Of a DNA stretch of 64,000 bases, positions 46,386 to 54,783 are shown piece after piece. Source of the DNA: an uncultured delta proteobacterium (GTDB taxonomy: Bacteria; Desulfobacterota; Binatia; DP-6); NCBI GenBank assembly GCA_963815115.1, contig CAWFFN010000009.1, positions 1,152,001 through 1,216,000 of the forward strand. Direction: 5' to 3'. The translations under genes and the position numbers were made by a program. Position 1 is the stretch's first letter. Each line of letters opens with the position of its first letter. Below the pieces are notes generated by a model. That model had not been told where the DNA came from. It was given only the letters and a program-made list of their open reading frames with translations, and searched no databases.

Positions 46386-48899
46386 ATGAAACAGGACCCG
46401 AGAGAGATCGGCGTCGTCGCGGCAGTCGCGGCATTTCTACTCGTTACGATGCTGGCCACTGCGCCGGTCGCGGCGCAGCAGGTCACGGGCGAGTTGGGTT
46501 CGCCCAGCGCCACCACCACCATCAGCGGCGAACAACTTCCGCCGCCCGATCCGACATTCGGCGGGGTGATCGCGGAGAAGGCCTCGGAGTCGAAAGCGTG
46601 GTGGCCGCCACGCGTCGTGCCGCCCAAGAGCGCGCCCAACATCCTGCTCATCATGACCGACGACGAAGGGTTCGGCGCGCCGAGCACGTTCGGCGGTGTC
46701 ATCGAGACGCCGGCGCTGGATCGCCTCGCCAAGAACGGGCTGCGGTACACGCAGTTTCATTCCACGTCGCTGTGCTCGCCGACGCGCGCCGCGCTGATCA
46801 CGGGACGCAACCATCACGTCGAGGGCTTCGGGGTCGTGGGCGAAGCCGCAACGGGGTTCCCGGGGTACGATTCGGTCATCAGGAAGGACGCCGGCACGAT
46901 CGGCACGATCCTGAAGGAGAACGGGTACGCGACCGCGTGGTTCGGCAAGGACCACAACACGCCCTTCTACCAGTCGAGTCAGGCCGGGCCGTTCGATCAA
47001 TGGCCCATCGGGATGGGCTTCGACTATTTCTACGGGTTCGTCGGCGGCGACACCAGCCAGTGGCAACCGAACCTGTTCCGCAACACGACGGCCATCTATC
47101 CCTTTCAGGGGAATCCCGGCTGGAATCTGACCACGGCCATGGCCGACGACGCGATCCAGTACATGAAGCAGCTCAAGGAGATCGCGCCCGACAAACCGTT
47201 CTTCGTCTACTACGTACCGGGCGGCACACACGCGCCGCATCATCCGACGCCGGAGTGGATCAAGAAGATCGGTGACCAGCACCTGTTCGACGGCGGCTGG
47301 AACAAGCTGCGCGAGACCATCTTCGCAAACCAGCAACGGCTCGGCGTCATCCCCGCCGACGCGAAGCTGACCCCGTGGCCGAAGGACTTGCCGGAGTGGG
47401 ATTCGCTCAGCTGGGATGAGAAGAAGCTCTTCATCAGGCAGGCAGACGTCTACGGAGCGTATCTCGCGTACACCGACCACGAGATCGGCCGGGTCATTCA
47501 GGCCGTCGAAGACCTGGGCGAGCTCGACAACACGTTGATCATCTACATCAGCGGCGACAACGGCTCGAGCGCCGAGGGCATGCTCAACGGGACACCGAAC
47601 GAGTTCACCACCTTCAACGGGGTTGCCGTGCCGGTGAAGGACCAGTTCCTCTGGTACGAGTTCTGGGGATCGGAGCGGACCTATCCGCACTTCGCGGCCG
47701 GCTGGGCGTGGGCGATGGACACGCCGTTCAAATGGGTGAAGCAGGTCGCATCGCATTTCGGCGGGACGGCGCAGGGCGTCTGCATGTCCTGGCCCGGTCA
47801 CATCACGGATATCGGCGGCATCCGCAATCAGTTTCACCACATCATCGACATCGTGCCGACGATTCTCGAGGCGACCGGTATCTCCGCGCCCGATACGATC
47901 AATGGCATCAAACAGCGCGCCATCGACGGCGTGAGCATGGTGTACACGTGGGACAAGGCGAACGCCGACGCGCCCACCAAGCACACCACCCAATACTTCG
48001 AGATGCTCGGCAATCGCGCAATCTATCACGACGGGTGGGTGGCCGCGACGACTCCGGTGAACCTCCCGTGGGAACTGAGCACCGCCCAGCCTCCGGACGT
48101 GATCACCGGGTACAAGTGGGAGCTCTACAACATCAACGAGGACGCTACTCAGGCCAACGACCTCGCCGTCAAGATGCCGGACAAGCTCAAGGAGATGCAG
48201 GACGTCTTCTACGCCGAGGCGAAGAAGTACGACGTGTTGCCGCTCGACAACTCGACGCTCGCACGCTTCCTCACGCAGCGCCCGAGCCTCACGGCGGGAC
48301 GAACGGTCTTCACGTATTCGGGCGAGCTCACCGGCGTGCCGGCCAGCACCGCCCCGAACATCCTGGAGAGGTCCTACACCATCACCGCCGAGGTCGAGAT
48401 TCCCGAGGGCGGCGCGGAAGGCATGATCGTCACCGAAGGCGGCCGCTTCGGCGGCTACGGCTTGTTCCTGAGTAAAGGCGAGCTGGGAATCGGCCGGGGC
48501 AAGGTGGTGTTCCTCTACAACCTGCTCGATCTCAAACGAACGGCCTGGGAAGGGCCGGAGCTGAGCCCCGGCAAGCACACCCTCGTGTTCGACTTCAAGA
48601 TCGACGGCGCCGGTTTCGGCAAGGGCGGCACGGGCGTATTGTCCGTGGACGGCAAGGAAGTGGCCAAGAACTCTCTGGAACACAGCACCCCCATCATGTT
48701 CCCCGAAGACGAGGACTTCGACGTCGGGCAAGACACGCGCACCCCGGTGGCGCTCCTCGAGTATCGCTACGATGTTCCGTTCAAGTTCACGGGCACGATC
48801 GACAAGCTGACCTTCGACCTCGGCCCGGCGCAGTACACGGAAGCGGAGCGCCAGCAGTTTCCGGCCATTGCCGACCGGGTTGCCCGCGCGAAGGACTGA
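46386..48899 (+). CDS. arylsulfatase (Cys-type)
   Basis: PNILLIMTDD, LCSPTRAALITGR, FGKDH, ISGDNG. Confidence 0.9.
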   Translation: MKQDPREIGVVAAVAAFLLVTMLATAPVAAQQVTGELGSPSATTTISGEQLPPPDPTFGGVIAEKASESKAWWPPRVVPPKSAPNILLIMTDDEGFGAPSTFGGVIETPALDRLAKNGLRYTQFHSTSLCSPTRAALITGRNHHVEGFGVVGEAATGFPGYDSVIRKDAGTIGTILKENGYATAWFGKDHNTPFYQSSQAGPFDQWPIGMGFDYFYGFVGGDTSQWQPNLFRNTTAIYPFQGNPGWNLTTAMADDAIQYMKQLKEIAPDKPFFVYYVPGGTHAPHHPTPEWIKKIGDQHLFDGGWNKLRETIFANQQRLGVIPADAKLTPWPKDLPEWDSLSWDEKKLFIRQADVYGAYLAYTDHEIGRVIQAVEDLGELDNTLIIYISGDNGSSAEGMLNGTPNEFTTFNGVAVPVKDQFLWYEFWGSERTYPHFAAGWAWAMDTPFKWVKQVASHFGGTAQGVCMSWPGHITDIGGIRNQFHHIIDIVPTILEATGISAPDTINGIKQRAIDGVSMVYTWDKANADAPTKHTTQYFEMLGNRAIYHDGWVAATTPVNLPWELSTAQPPDVITGYKWELYNINEDATQANDLAVKMPDKLKEMQDVFYAEAKKYDVLPLDNSTLARFLTQRPSLTAGRTVFTYSGELTGVPASTAPNILERSYTITAEVEIPEGGAEGMIVTEGGRFGGYGLFLSKGELGIGRGKVVFLYNLLDLKRTAWEGPELSPGKHTLVFDFKIDGAGFGKGGTGVLSVDGKEVAKNSLEHSTPIMFPEDEDFDVGQDTRTPVALLEYRYDVPFKFTGTIDKLTFDLGPAQYTEAERQQFPAIADRVARAKD

Positions 48900-48913
48900 A
48901 CGTTCCCGGCGCG

Positions 48914-49651
48914 ATGAAGAAGGTGATGCCGAACCAGCACGGTCCCGCGGACCACGAGCCGGGCCGATCGCAACGGGCGCTATCGGCTGTGCGCTCGCAT
49001 GTGCAGCCGGGCTCGTTCCCGTTGCTGCTCATCGCAACGCTGCTCCTCTACGTGCTGAACGGGTTGGCGGTCGACTCCAGGGCAGGCAGGATCCTCGTGC
49101 AGGGCGCGCGCGTGGGGGTTGCTGGCGCGGGTATCTACGTGCTGAGCGCGAACCGCGTCACGCTGTGGCTCGGGGTTCTCGTCGTGGGACTCCAGCTCAC
49201 GTTCGTAGCTCGGTTGTGGCCTCTCGATCCGGGGGCCAATCGGGTGTTGCAGGATGCGATCTCGACCGCCTTCCTCTTGTGGGTCGTCGTCGTCCTGCTG
49301 CGGGAGGTGTTCCGCTCCAGCACGACGGAGCTGGATGCCGTCATCGGAGCGCTGTGCGGCTTCGTGCTCGTCCTCGAGGCCTTCATGAATCTGCACGGCC
49401 TGCTCGAGGCGCTGGAGCCGGGCTCGTACCAGGCAAACGGTCCGCCGCTGTCCTCGCGCTCGGACGCGATGCTGGTCGCCGTCTTCCAGTACTTCAGCAC
49501 CGTCACGCTGACCACGGTCGGGTTCGGCGACATCGTCCCCATCACGCCAGCCGCGCGGCTCGCGACCGGGCTGGAGGCGATCGTGGGTCAGCTCTACCTC
49601 GCGGTCGTGATCGCGACCCTCGTCGGGCGGGTCGCTGCGCGCCGAGGCTGA
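48914..49651 (+). CDS. potassium channel family protein (Ion_trans_2)
   Basis: YFSTVTLTTVGFGDI; GQLYLA. Confidence 0.85.
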   Translation: MKKVMPNQHGPADHEPGRSQRALSAVRSHVQPGSFPLLLIATLLLYVLNGLAVDSRAGRILVQGARVGVAGAGIYVLSANRVTLWLGVLVVGLQLTFVARLWPLDPGANRVLQDAISTAFLLWVVVVLLREVFRSSTTELDAVIGALCGFVLVLEAFMNLHGLLEALEPGSYQANGPPLSSRSDAMLVAVFQYFSTVTLTTVGFGDIVPITPAARLATGLEAIVGQLYLAVVIATLVGRVAARRG

Positions 49652-49833
49652 CGGGACGCCCCGGCGGTGCCCGGTACGAGACGGCGAGGCGTCGTGCCGC
49701 CGGCACGGGTCCCGAGCCCCACGTGCCGATCGGCAGCGTCAGGAGGATGCCTGCCCTGGCACGTATCGGCTCGGGGCGCTATGTGCACAGCCAAGTGACA
49801 GACCAGCAGGCGGTGAAGAGGAGCCGAGGGGCG

Positions 49834-50718
49834 ATGACGAAATCCCGGAAGGCCGCGAGCGCTCCGGTCTCCAACGGACATCCGTCGGACTGCGTCCACT
49901 ACCGCGAGTACAAGCTGATCCTGCGCCCGGATCGCTTCACGTCGCCCCAGGCACTGCACGAATTCGGCAAGCTCGTGCGCTCGGAAGCGAAGCAGGAAGG
50001 GGTCGGGGTCGCGCGCCCGCAGGCAGCAGGCGAGAATCTGCTGCGCGAGATCGTCTTCTACGACACGCCGGCCTTCGACCTCTACGAGCAGGCCTTCATC
50101 CTTCGCCAGCGCGCCCAGCACCGGGACGGATGGCCCGTCGGCGACTCGGAGCTGACGCTCAAGTTCCGGCATCCCGAGCTCGATGCGGCGGCGAAGATCG
50201 ACGTCCGGCCCGCCACGGAGCATACCTTTCGCATCAAGTTCAAGGAGGAAGTGCTGCCGCCGACGGGACGCGCCGCAGGGATGCGGAGCCTCTACTCCCA
50301 CAACGTCGTGCTCACGCTGCCACCGGAGCACCTCCAGAACGACGTGGAGCGGGCGGCGCGCGTCTTCCCGACGCTGCGTGCCGTCCTCGCCCGCGCCAAG
50401 CCGCTCGAGGTGGTCCAGCGCGCGCGCATCACCGAGGTCCTCGACGAGGTGGGCGTTCTCGACTTCGGTCACGGGCTCACGGCCAAGGCCACGGTGGCGC
50501 TCTGGCGGACGGGCGTCGTCGGTCCGTCGCTGGTGGGCGAGCTCGCCTACCAGTGTAAATTCGCGCGCGACGAGGACGTGAACGCGAAGGCGCGCAAGCG
50601 GGCGGATGCGCTCTACGCGCGGCTGCAGGGGGCGGCGCGCGACTGGCTCGCGCTCGGTGTGACCAAGACCAGCGTGGTGTACGGCCTGGGCAAGACGGCT
50701 CCCCGCCACCATGAGTGA
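49834..50718 (+). CDS. CYTH/triphosphate-tunnel-like hypothetical protein
   Basis: REYKL (ExK), FYDT..FDLY, ILRQR, LTLKFR, KFKEE, terminal TKT. Confidence 0.55.
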   Translation: MTKSRKAASAPVSNGHPSDCVHYREYKLILRPDRFTSPQALHEFGKLVRSEAKQEGVGVARPQAAGENLLREIVFYDTPAFDLYEQAFILRQRAQHRDGWPVGDSELTLKFRHPELDAAAKIDVRPATEHTFRIKFKEEVLPPTGRAAGMRSLYSHNVVLTLPPEHLQNDVERAARVFPTLRAVLARAKPLEVVQRARITEVLDEVGVLDFGHGLTAKATVALWRTGVVGPSLVGELAYQCKFARDEDVNAKARKRADALYARLQGAARDWLALGVTKTSVVYGLGKTAPRHHE

Positions 50719-51268
50719 GTCGCCGGGCGCGCAGCGCGTCTCACTCGGCTCGATCTTCTGGACCTTCCTCGTCATCGGCGCGACGAGCTTCGGGGGCGGC
50801 ATGGTCGCCTACCTGCGCGAGATGCTGGTTTCACGGCGTCGCTGGCTGGACGACGACGCGTTCATCACCGCGCTCGAGATCGGCCAGACGCTGCCGGGCC
50901 TCAACTCGACGAACATCAGCATCATCGTCGGCGACTCCCTGCGCGGCGTGCCCGGCGCCGTGGCGGCCTTCCTCGGCATCATGCTGCCCGGCACCGTGGT
51001 CCTGCTCACGGTCGGCATCCTCTACGGCCTGCAATCGAAGAGCCCGGCGTTCGTCGCCGTGCTCGACGGCGCGGGGGCGGCGGCGGTGGGGCTGCTGGTC
51101 GCCGTCACGATCCAGATCGCGCGCAAGGAAGTCGCCGGCGTCGTCGACGTCCTGCTCGTCCTGGTGACGGTGGTCGCCGTCAGCGTGCTGCACGTGGCGC
51201 TGCCCATCGTGCTCGCCATCGTCGGGGCGGCTGCGGTGTGGGTGTACCGGCCGGGAGCGCGGGCGTGA
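50711..51268 (+). CDS. short-chain chromate transporter (CHR), subunit 1
   Basis: FL.IGATSFGGG, GQTLPG.NS. Confidence 0.9.
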   Translation: MSESPGAQRVSLGSIFWTFLVIGATSFGGGMVAYLREMLVSRRRWLDDDAFITALEIGQTLPGLNSTNISIIVGDSLRGVPGAVAAFLGIMLPGTVVLLTVGILYGLQSKSPAFVAVLDGAGAAAVGLLVAVTIQIARKEVAGVVDVLLVLVTVVAVSVLHVALPIVLAIVGAAAVWVYRPGARA

Positions 51269-51786
51269 CCACCCTGCTCCGGCTGCTCGGCGTGTTCGGC
51301 CTCCTGTCGGTGCTGGCCGTCGGCGGGGGGCTCGCGGTGCTGCCGGAGATGAAGAAGCTCACCGTCGAGCAGTATCACTGGGTGACCGCCGATCAGTTCG
51401 TCGACTTCTACAGTCTCGGGCAGATGGCGCCGGGCCCGAACATGGTCATGGTGGCGCTCATCGGCTACAAGGTGGCCGGTCTCGCGGGGGCGCTCGCCGT
51501 CCTGGTCGCGTTCTTCCTGCCGGCCAGCCTCCTGACGTTCGGCGCCAACCGCCTGTGGCATCGGTTCTCCGCGTGGCCCTGGCGCGAGTCGATCCGGCGC
51601 GGCCTCGCGCCCGTGACGGTCGGCCTGATGACCGCGGGAGTGATCAGCATCGGCAAGGTGGCGATCGACGCCGTCGGTACGTGCGTCCTCGCGCTCGTCG
51701 TCACGGTGATCCTGCTCACCACGCGGGTGAACCCGGCGCTGCTCATCCTGGGGAGCGCCATCGCGGGCTGGGCGCTTCTGCGCTGA
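51265..51786 (+). CDS. short-chain chromate transporter (CHR), subunit 2
   Basis: LSVLAVGGG, GQMAPGPN, GLAPVTVGL. Confidence 0.9.
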   Translation: MTTLLRLLGVFGLLSVLAVGGGLAVLPEMKKLTVEQYHWVTADQFVDFYSLGQMAPGPNMVMVALIGYKVAGLAGALAVLVAFFLPASLLTFGANRLWHRFSAWPWRESIRRGLAPVTVGLMTAGVISIGKVAIDAVGTCVLALVVTVILLTTRVNPALLILGSAIAGWALLR

Positions 51787-51792
51787 ACGACG

Positions 51793-53223
51793 ATGCCCTC
51801 GCGGGGTCTCGCAGCCTGGCTGCTCGTCGGCGTGGTGCTCGGGCCGACGTTGCGCGCCCGCGCGGAGATCGATCCCGCCTCGGTGCCGATCGATCACCTG
51901 CTCGTCGTCTACCTGGAGAATCACACCTTCGACAACCTCTTCGGCCTGTTCCCGGGCGCGAACGGCATCGCGGCGCGCGATGCCGCCGTGCCGCAGGTCG
52001 ACCGGGACGGGACGCCTTACCCGTGGCTGCCCCGGACGATGATCGCATACCCGTATCCGCCGAAGCTGGATGGGCGCTTCCCGAAGCAGCTCCCGAACCG
52101 GCCCTTTCCGATCAACCGCTACATCCCGCTCGATCGGATCGTCGAGATGCCGGTGCACGAGTTCTATCCCAACATCCTCCAGGTCGACGGCGGCAAGAAC
52201 GACAAGTTCGTCTCGTGGGGCGACAGCGGGGCGCTGCCGATGGGCTACTTCGACACCACGAAGCTGCCGCTCTACCCCTACGCGCGGGAGTTCGTGCTCG
52301 CCGACAACTGGTTCACCTCCGCCATGGGGGGCTCGTGGCTGAACCACATGTGGCTCGTGTGCGCTTGCACGCCGGTGTTTCCGAACGCGCCGCGGAAGCT
52401 CGTGGCGGAGCCCGTGATGGACGCGTCGGGCCGCATCGTCGGTCTCGAGAAGGGCGGCTCCGTGAGCCCCGACGGCTACGCGGTCGACCATCTCGAGCCG
52501 TTCAACCCTCCGTACTCCGCGGGCACGCCGGACGACGAGCGCCTGCCGCCGCAGACGCTGCCCACGATCGGCGACCGCCTGAGCGCGGCCGGCGTCTCCT
52601 GGGCCTGGTACTCCCAGGGCTGGGACGACGCGGGCGCCGGGCACCCGGCGCCCTCGTTCACCTTCCACCACCAGGCCTTCGTCTACTTCGCGAACTACGC
52701 GCCGGGCACCGAAGCGCGGGCCGCGCATCTGAAGGACGAGAAGGACCTGTGGCGGGCGCTGCGCGACGGCACCCTGCCGTCGGTGGCGTGGTTCAAGCCG
52801 CTCGACGTCTACACCGACAACGCCGGCGAGGGCAGCATGCTGGTCGCCGAGAAGCGCATCGTCGAGCTGATCGAGGCGGTGAAGGCGTCGAAGGCGTGGC
52901 CTCGGACCGCGATCGTGATCTCGTGGGACGACTACGGCGGCTTCTTCGACCATGTGGCCCCGCCGGTGATCGATCGCTGGGGGCCGTCCAACCGCGTGCC
53001 GACGATCATCATCTCGCCGTGGGCGAAGCGCGCCCACGTCGACTCGACCGGCTACGAGACCGTATCGATCCTCAGGTTCATCGAGTGGCGCTGGGGGCTG
53101 GCACCCCTGGCGTCGCGCGACGCGAATGCGGCAAATCTCCTCGCCGCCTTCGATTTCGCGCCGCCTCCGGCTCGTGGCGGCACCACCTCACGAGGCAAGC
53201 TCGGAGAGCGCTCGAAGCGGTGA
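51793..53223 (+). CDS. acid phosphatase / phosphoesterase (AcpA/PLC family)
   Basis: ENHTFDNLFG, GGSWLNH, HHQ.F.YF, D.YGGFFDHV.PP, RVP.IIISP. Confidence 0.9.
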   Translation: MPSRGLAAWLLVGVVLGPTLRARAEIDPASVPIDHLLVVYLENHTFDNLFGLFPGANGIAARDAAVPQVDRDGTPYPWLPRTMIAYPYPPKLDGRFPKQLPNRPFPINRYIPLDRIVEMPVHEFYPNILQVDGGKNDKFVSWGDSGALPMGYFDTTKLPLYPYAREFVLADNWFTSAMGGSWLNHMWLVCACTPVFPNAPRKLVAEPVMDASGRIVGLEKGGSVSPDGYAVDHLEPFNPPYSAGTPDDERLPPQTLPTIGDRLSAAGVSWAWYSQGWDDAGAGHPAPSFTFHHQAFVYFANYAPGTEARAAHLKDEKDLWRALRDGTLPSVAWFKPLDVYTDNAGEGSMLVAEKRIVELIEAVKASKAWPRTAIVISWDDYGGFFDHVAPPVIDRWGPSNRVPTIIISPWAKRAHVDSTGYETVSILRFIEWRWGLAPLASRDANAANLLAAFDFAPPPARGGTTSRGKLGERSKR

Positions 53224-53224
53224 A

Positions 53225-53244
53225 TGGCGTGAGATGGCAAGACG
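53225..53244 (+). promoter_or_regulatory. 20-bp motif site 4 (TGGCG-TGAG-ATGGCAAGACG)
   Basis: Intergenic, upstream of 53353; GCTAT 15 nt downstream. Confidence 0.7.
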
Positions 53245-53352
53245 CCCTGCCGGTCCCGGGCTATCCCGCCGTGAGAAGGTGGCGACACACAGCGTAAGCG
53301 ACTAGACTCCGGGGACGATCCGGGGTGCTCGAGCCCGGCAAGGGTCAGGAGG

Positions 53353-54783
53353 ATGAAGATGCATCTCAGGTGCTCCACATCGCGTGCGATCGGCCTGTCC
53401 GTGTTCGCCCTCCTGGCGTTTGCCTCGCTGGCGAGCGCCTTGCCGGTCGAGCTCAAGGATCAGAACGGCACCCGGTATTCGATCAACACCCAGGTCGATC
53501 CCCTGCTGCGGGATTCGAACGCCTCGGGAGCGATCACCGACGCGACCTACAACAAGGCCGTCACGGTGACCAGCTACTTCGTCGGCTTCACGCCGTTCGG
53601 CTTCTTCCTCACCACCTACACGGTTCAGCGACAGATCAACGTCCCCCTGACGAACGCCTTCGCGGGCTTCAACGGGCTCCTCATCACCGGCGCCAACGGT
53701 GTCGCGCTGCCCGCGCCCATCGTCTTCAATCCCGGGCAGCCGGCCGCCTCGGACACCGGTTGCATGCAGAATGGCCAGAGCCGGCAGCTCATCTTCGCGA
53801 CCCAGGGCAGCCCGGCGTTGAACGCCGCCAACCTCTCCGTGACGCGCAAGGTGTTCGTGCCGAACAACTCCGACTTCGTCCGCTGGCTCAACATCGTGAC
53901 CAACACGGGCTCCACGCCGCAGCAGGTCGGCATCACCCTGGACGGCCTGCTCGGCGCCGGGTCGAACGTCAAGATCGGCACCACCTCGAGCGGCGACACC
54001 ACCGTCACGGCCGGCGACACCTGGTTCACCAGCGGGCAGAAGGTGCCCCAGGGCACGCACTCCACCCAGCCGACGGTCGGCTTCGTCATCCAGGGCGACG
54101 GTGCGACGACGCCGGCCCGCTCGGCCAGCGTCAACAGCGTCGGGCAGGCGATCGTCACCTACACGCCGACGATCCCGGCGGGTGGCACGGTGATCATCAT
54201 GACGCTCACCACCGTGCAGGGCAACTTCAAGATGGCGAAGAACGAGACCTCGAATCTCGCCGCCCTGCCCTCGGACACCATCAAGTGCATGAGCGAGCTC
54301 GAGCTCTCGCAGGTAGTCAACTTCGCGCCCATCACGCCGCCGGTGACCAAGAACGCGACCATCACGCTGAAGTTCAACAAGACGGGACAGGACACGGTCC
54401 AGTGGAAGGGCAAGATCACGATCGCCGCCGGCATCAACCTCCAGGGCATCCCCCTCACGGTCGACGTGGGCGGCGCCCGGCAGAGCTTCACGCTCAACAA
54501 GAGCGGCAAGGCGAACAACGGCGGCGGCAACAAGTTCGCCTTGAACGCCAACTTGAAGAACGGCGTGACCAAGGCGGGCACGATCAACTTCTCGTTCAAC
54601 CTGAAGGGGGACTTCCAGAGCCTGTTCGCTCCGTTCGGTCTGACGAATGTGACCCAGAAGAACGTGCCGGTCACGGTGCCGCTGAGCTTCACCGTCGGGA
54701 CGGCGCAGCACTTCTACGCCACCGATCAGCCGTTCAACTACAAGGCGACCGAGGGGAAGACCGGAACGGCGAAGAGCTCCTGA
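53353..54783 (+). CDS. secreted beta-rich hypothetical protein
   Basis: RBS AGGAGG, signal peptide (ASA-L), Thr/Asn/Gly-rich, strong codon bias. Confidence 0.8.
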   Translation: MKMHLRCSTSRAIGLSVFALLAFASLASALPVELKDQNGTRYSINTQVDPLLRDSNASGAITDATYNKAVTVTSYFVGFTPFGFFLTTYTVQRQINVPLTNAFAGFNGLLITGANGVALPAPIVFNPGQPAASDTGCMQNGQSRQLIFATQGSPALNAANLSVTRKVFVPNNSDFVRWLNIVTNTGSTPQQVGITLDGLLGAGSNVKIGTTSSGDTTVTAGDTWFTSGQKVPQGTHSTQPTVGFVIQGDGATTPARSASVNSVGQAIVTYTPTIPAGGTVIIMTLTTVQGNFKMAKNETSNLAALPSDTIKCMSELELSQVVNFAPITPPVTKNATITLKFNKTGQDTVQWKGKITIAAGINLQGIPLTVDVGGARQSFTLNKSGKANNGGGNKFALNANLKNGVTKAGTINFSFNLKGDFQSLFAPFGLTNVTQKNVPVTVPLSFTVGTAQHFYATDQPFNYKATEGKTGTAKSS

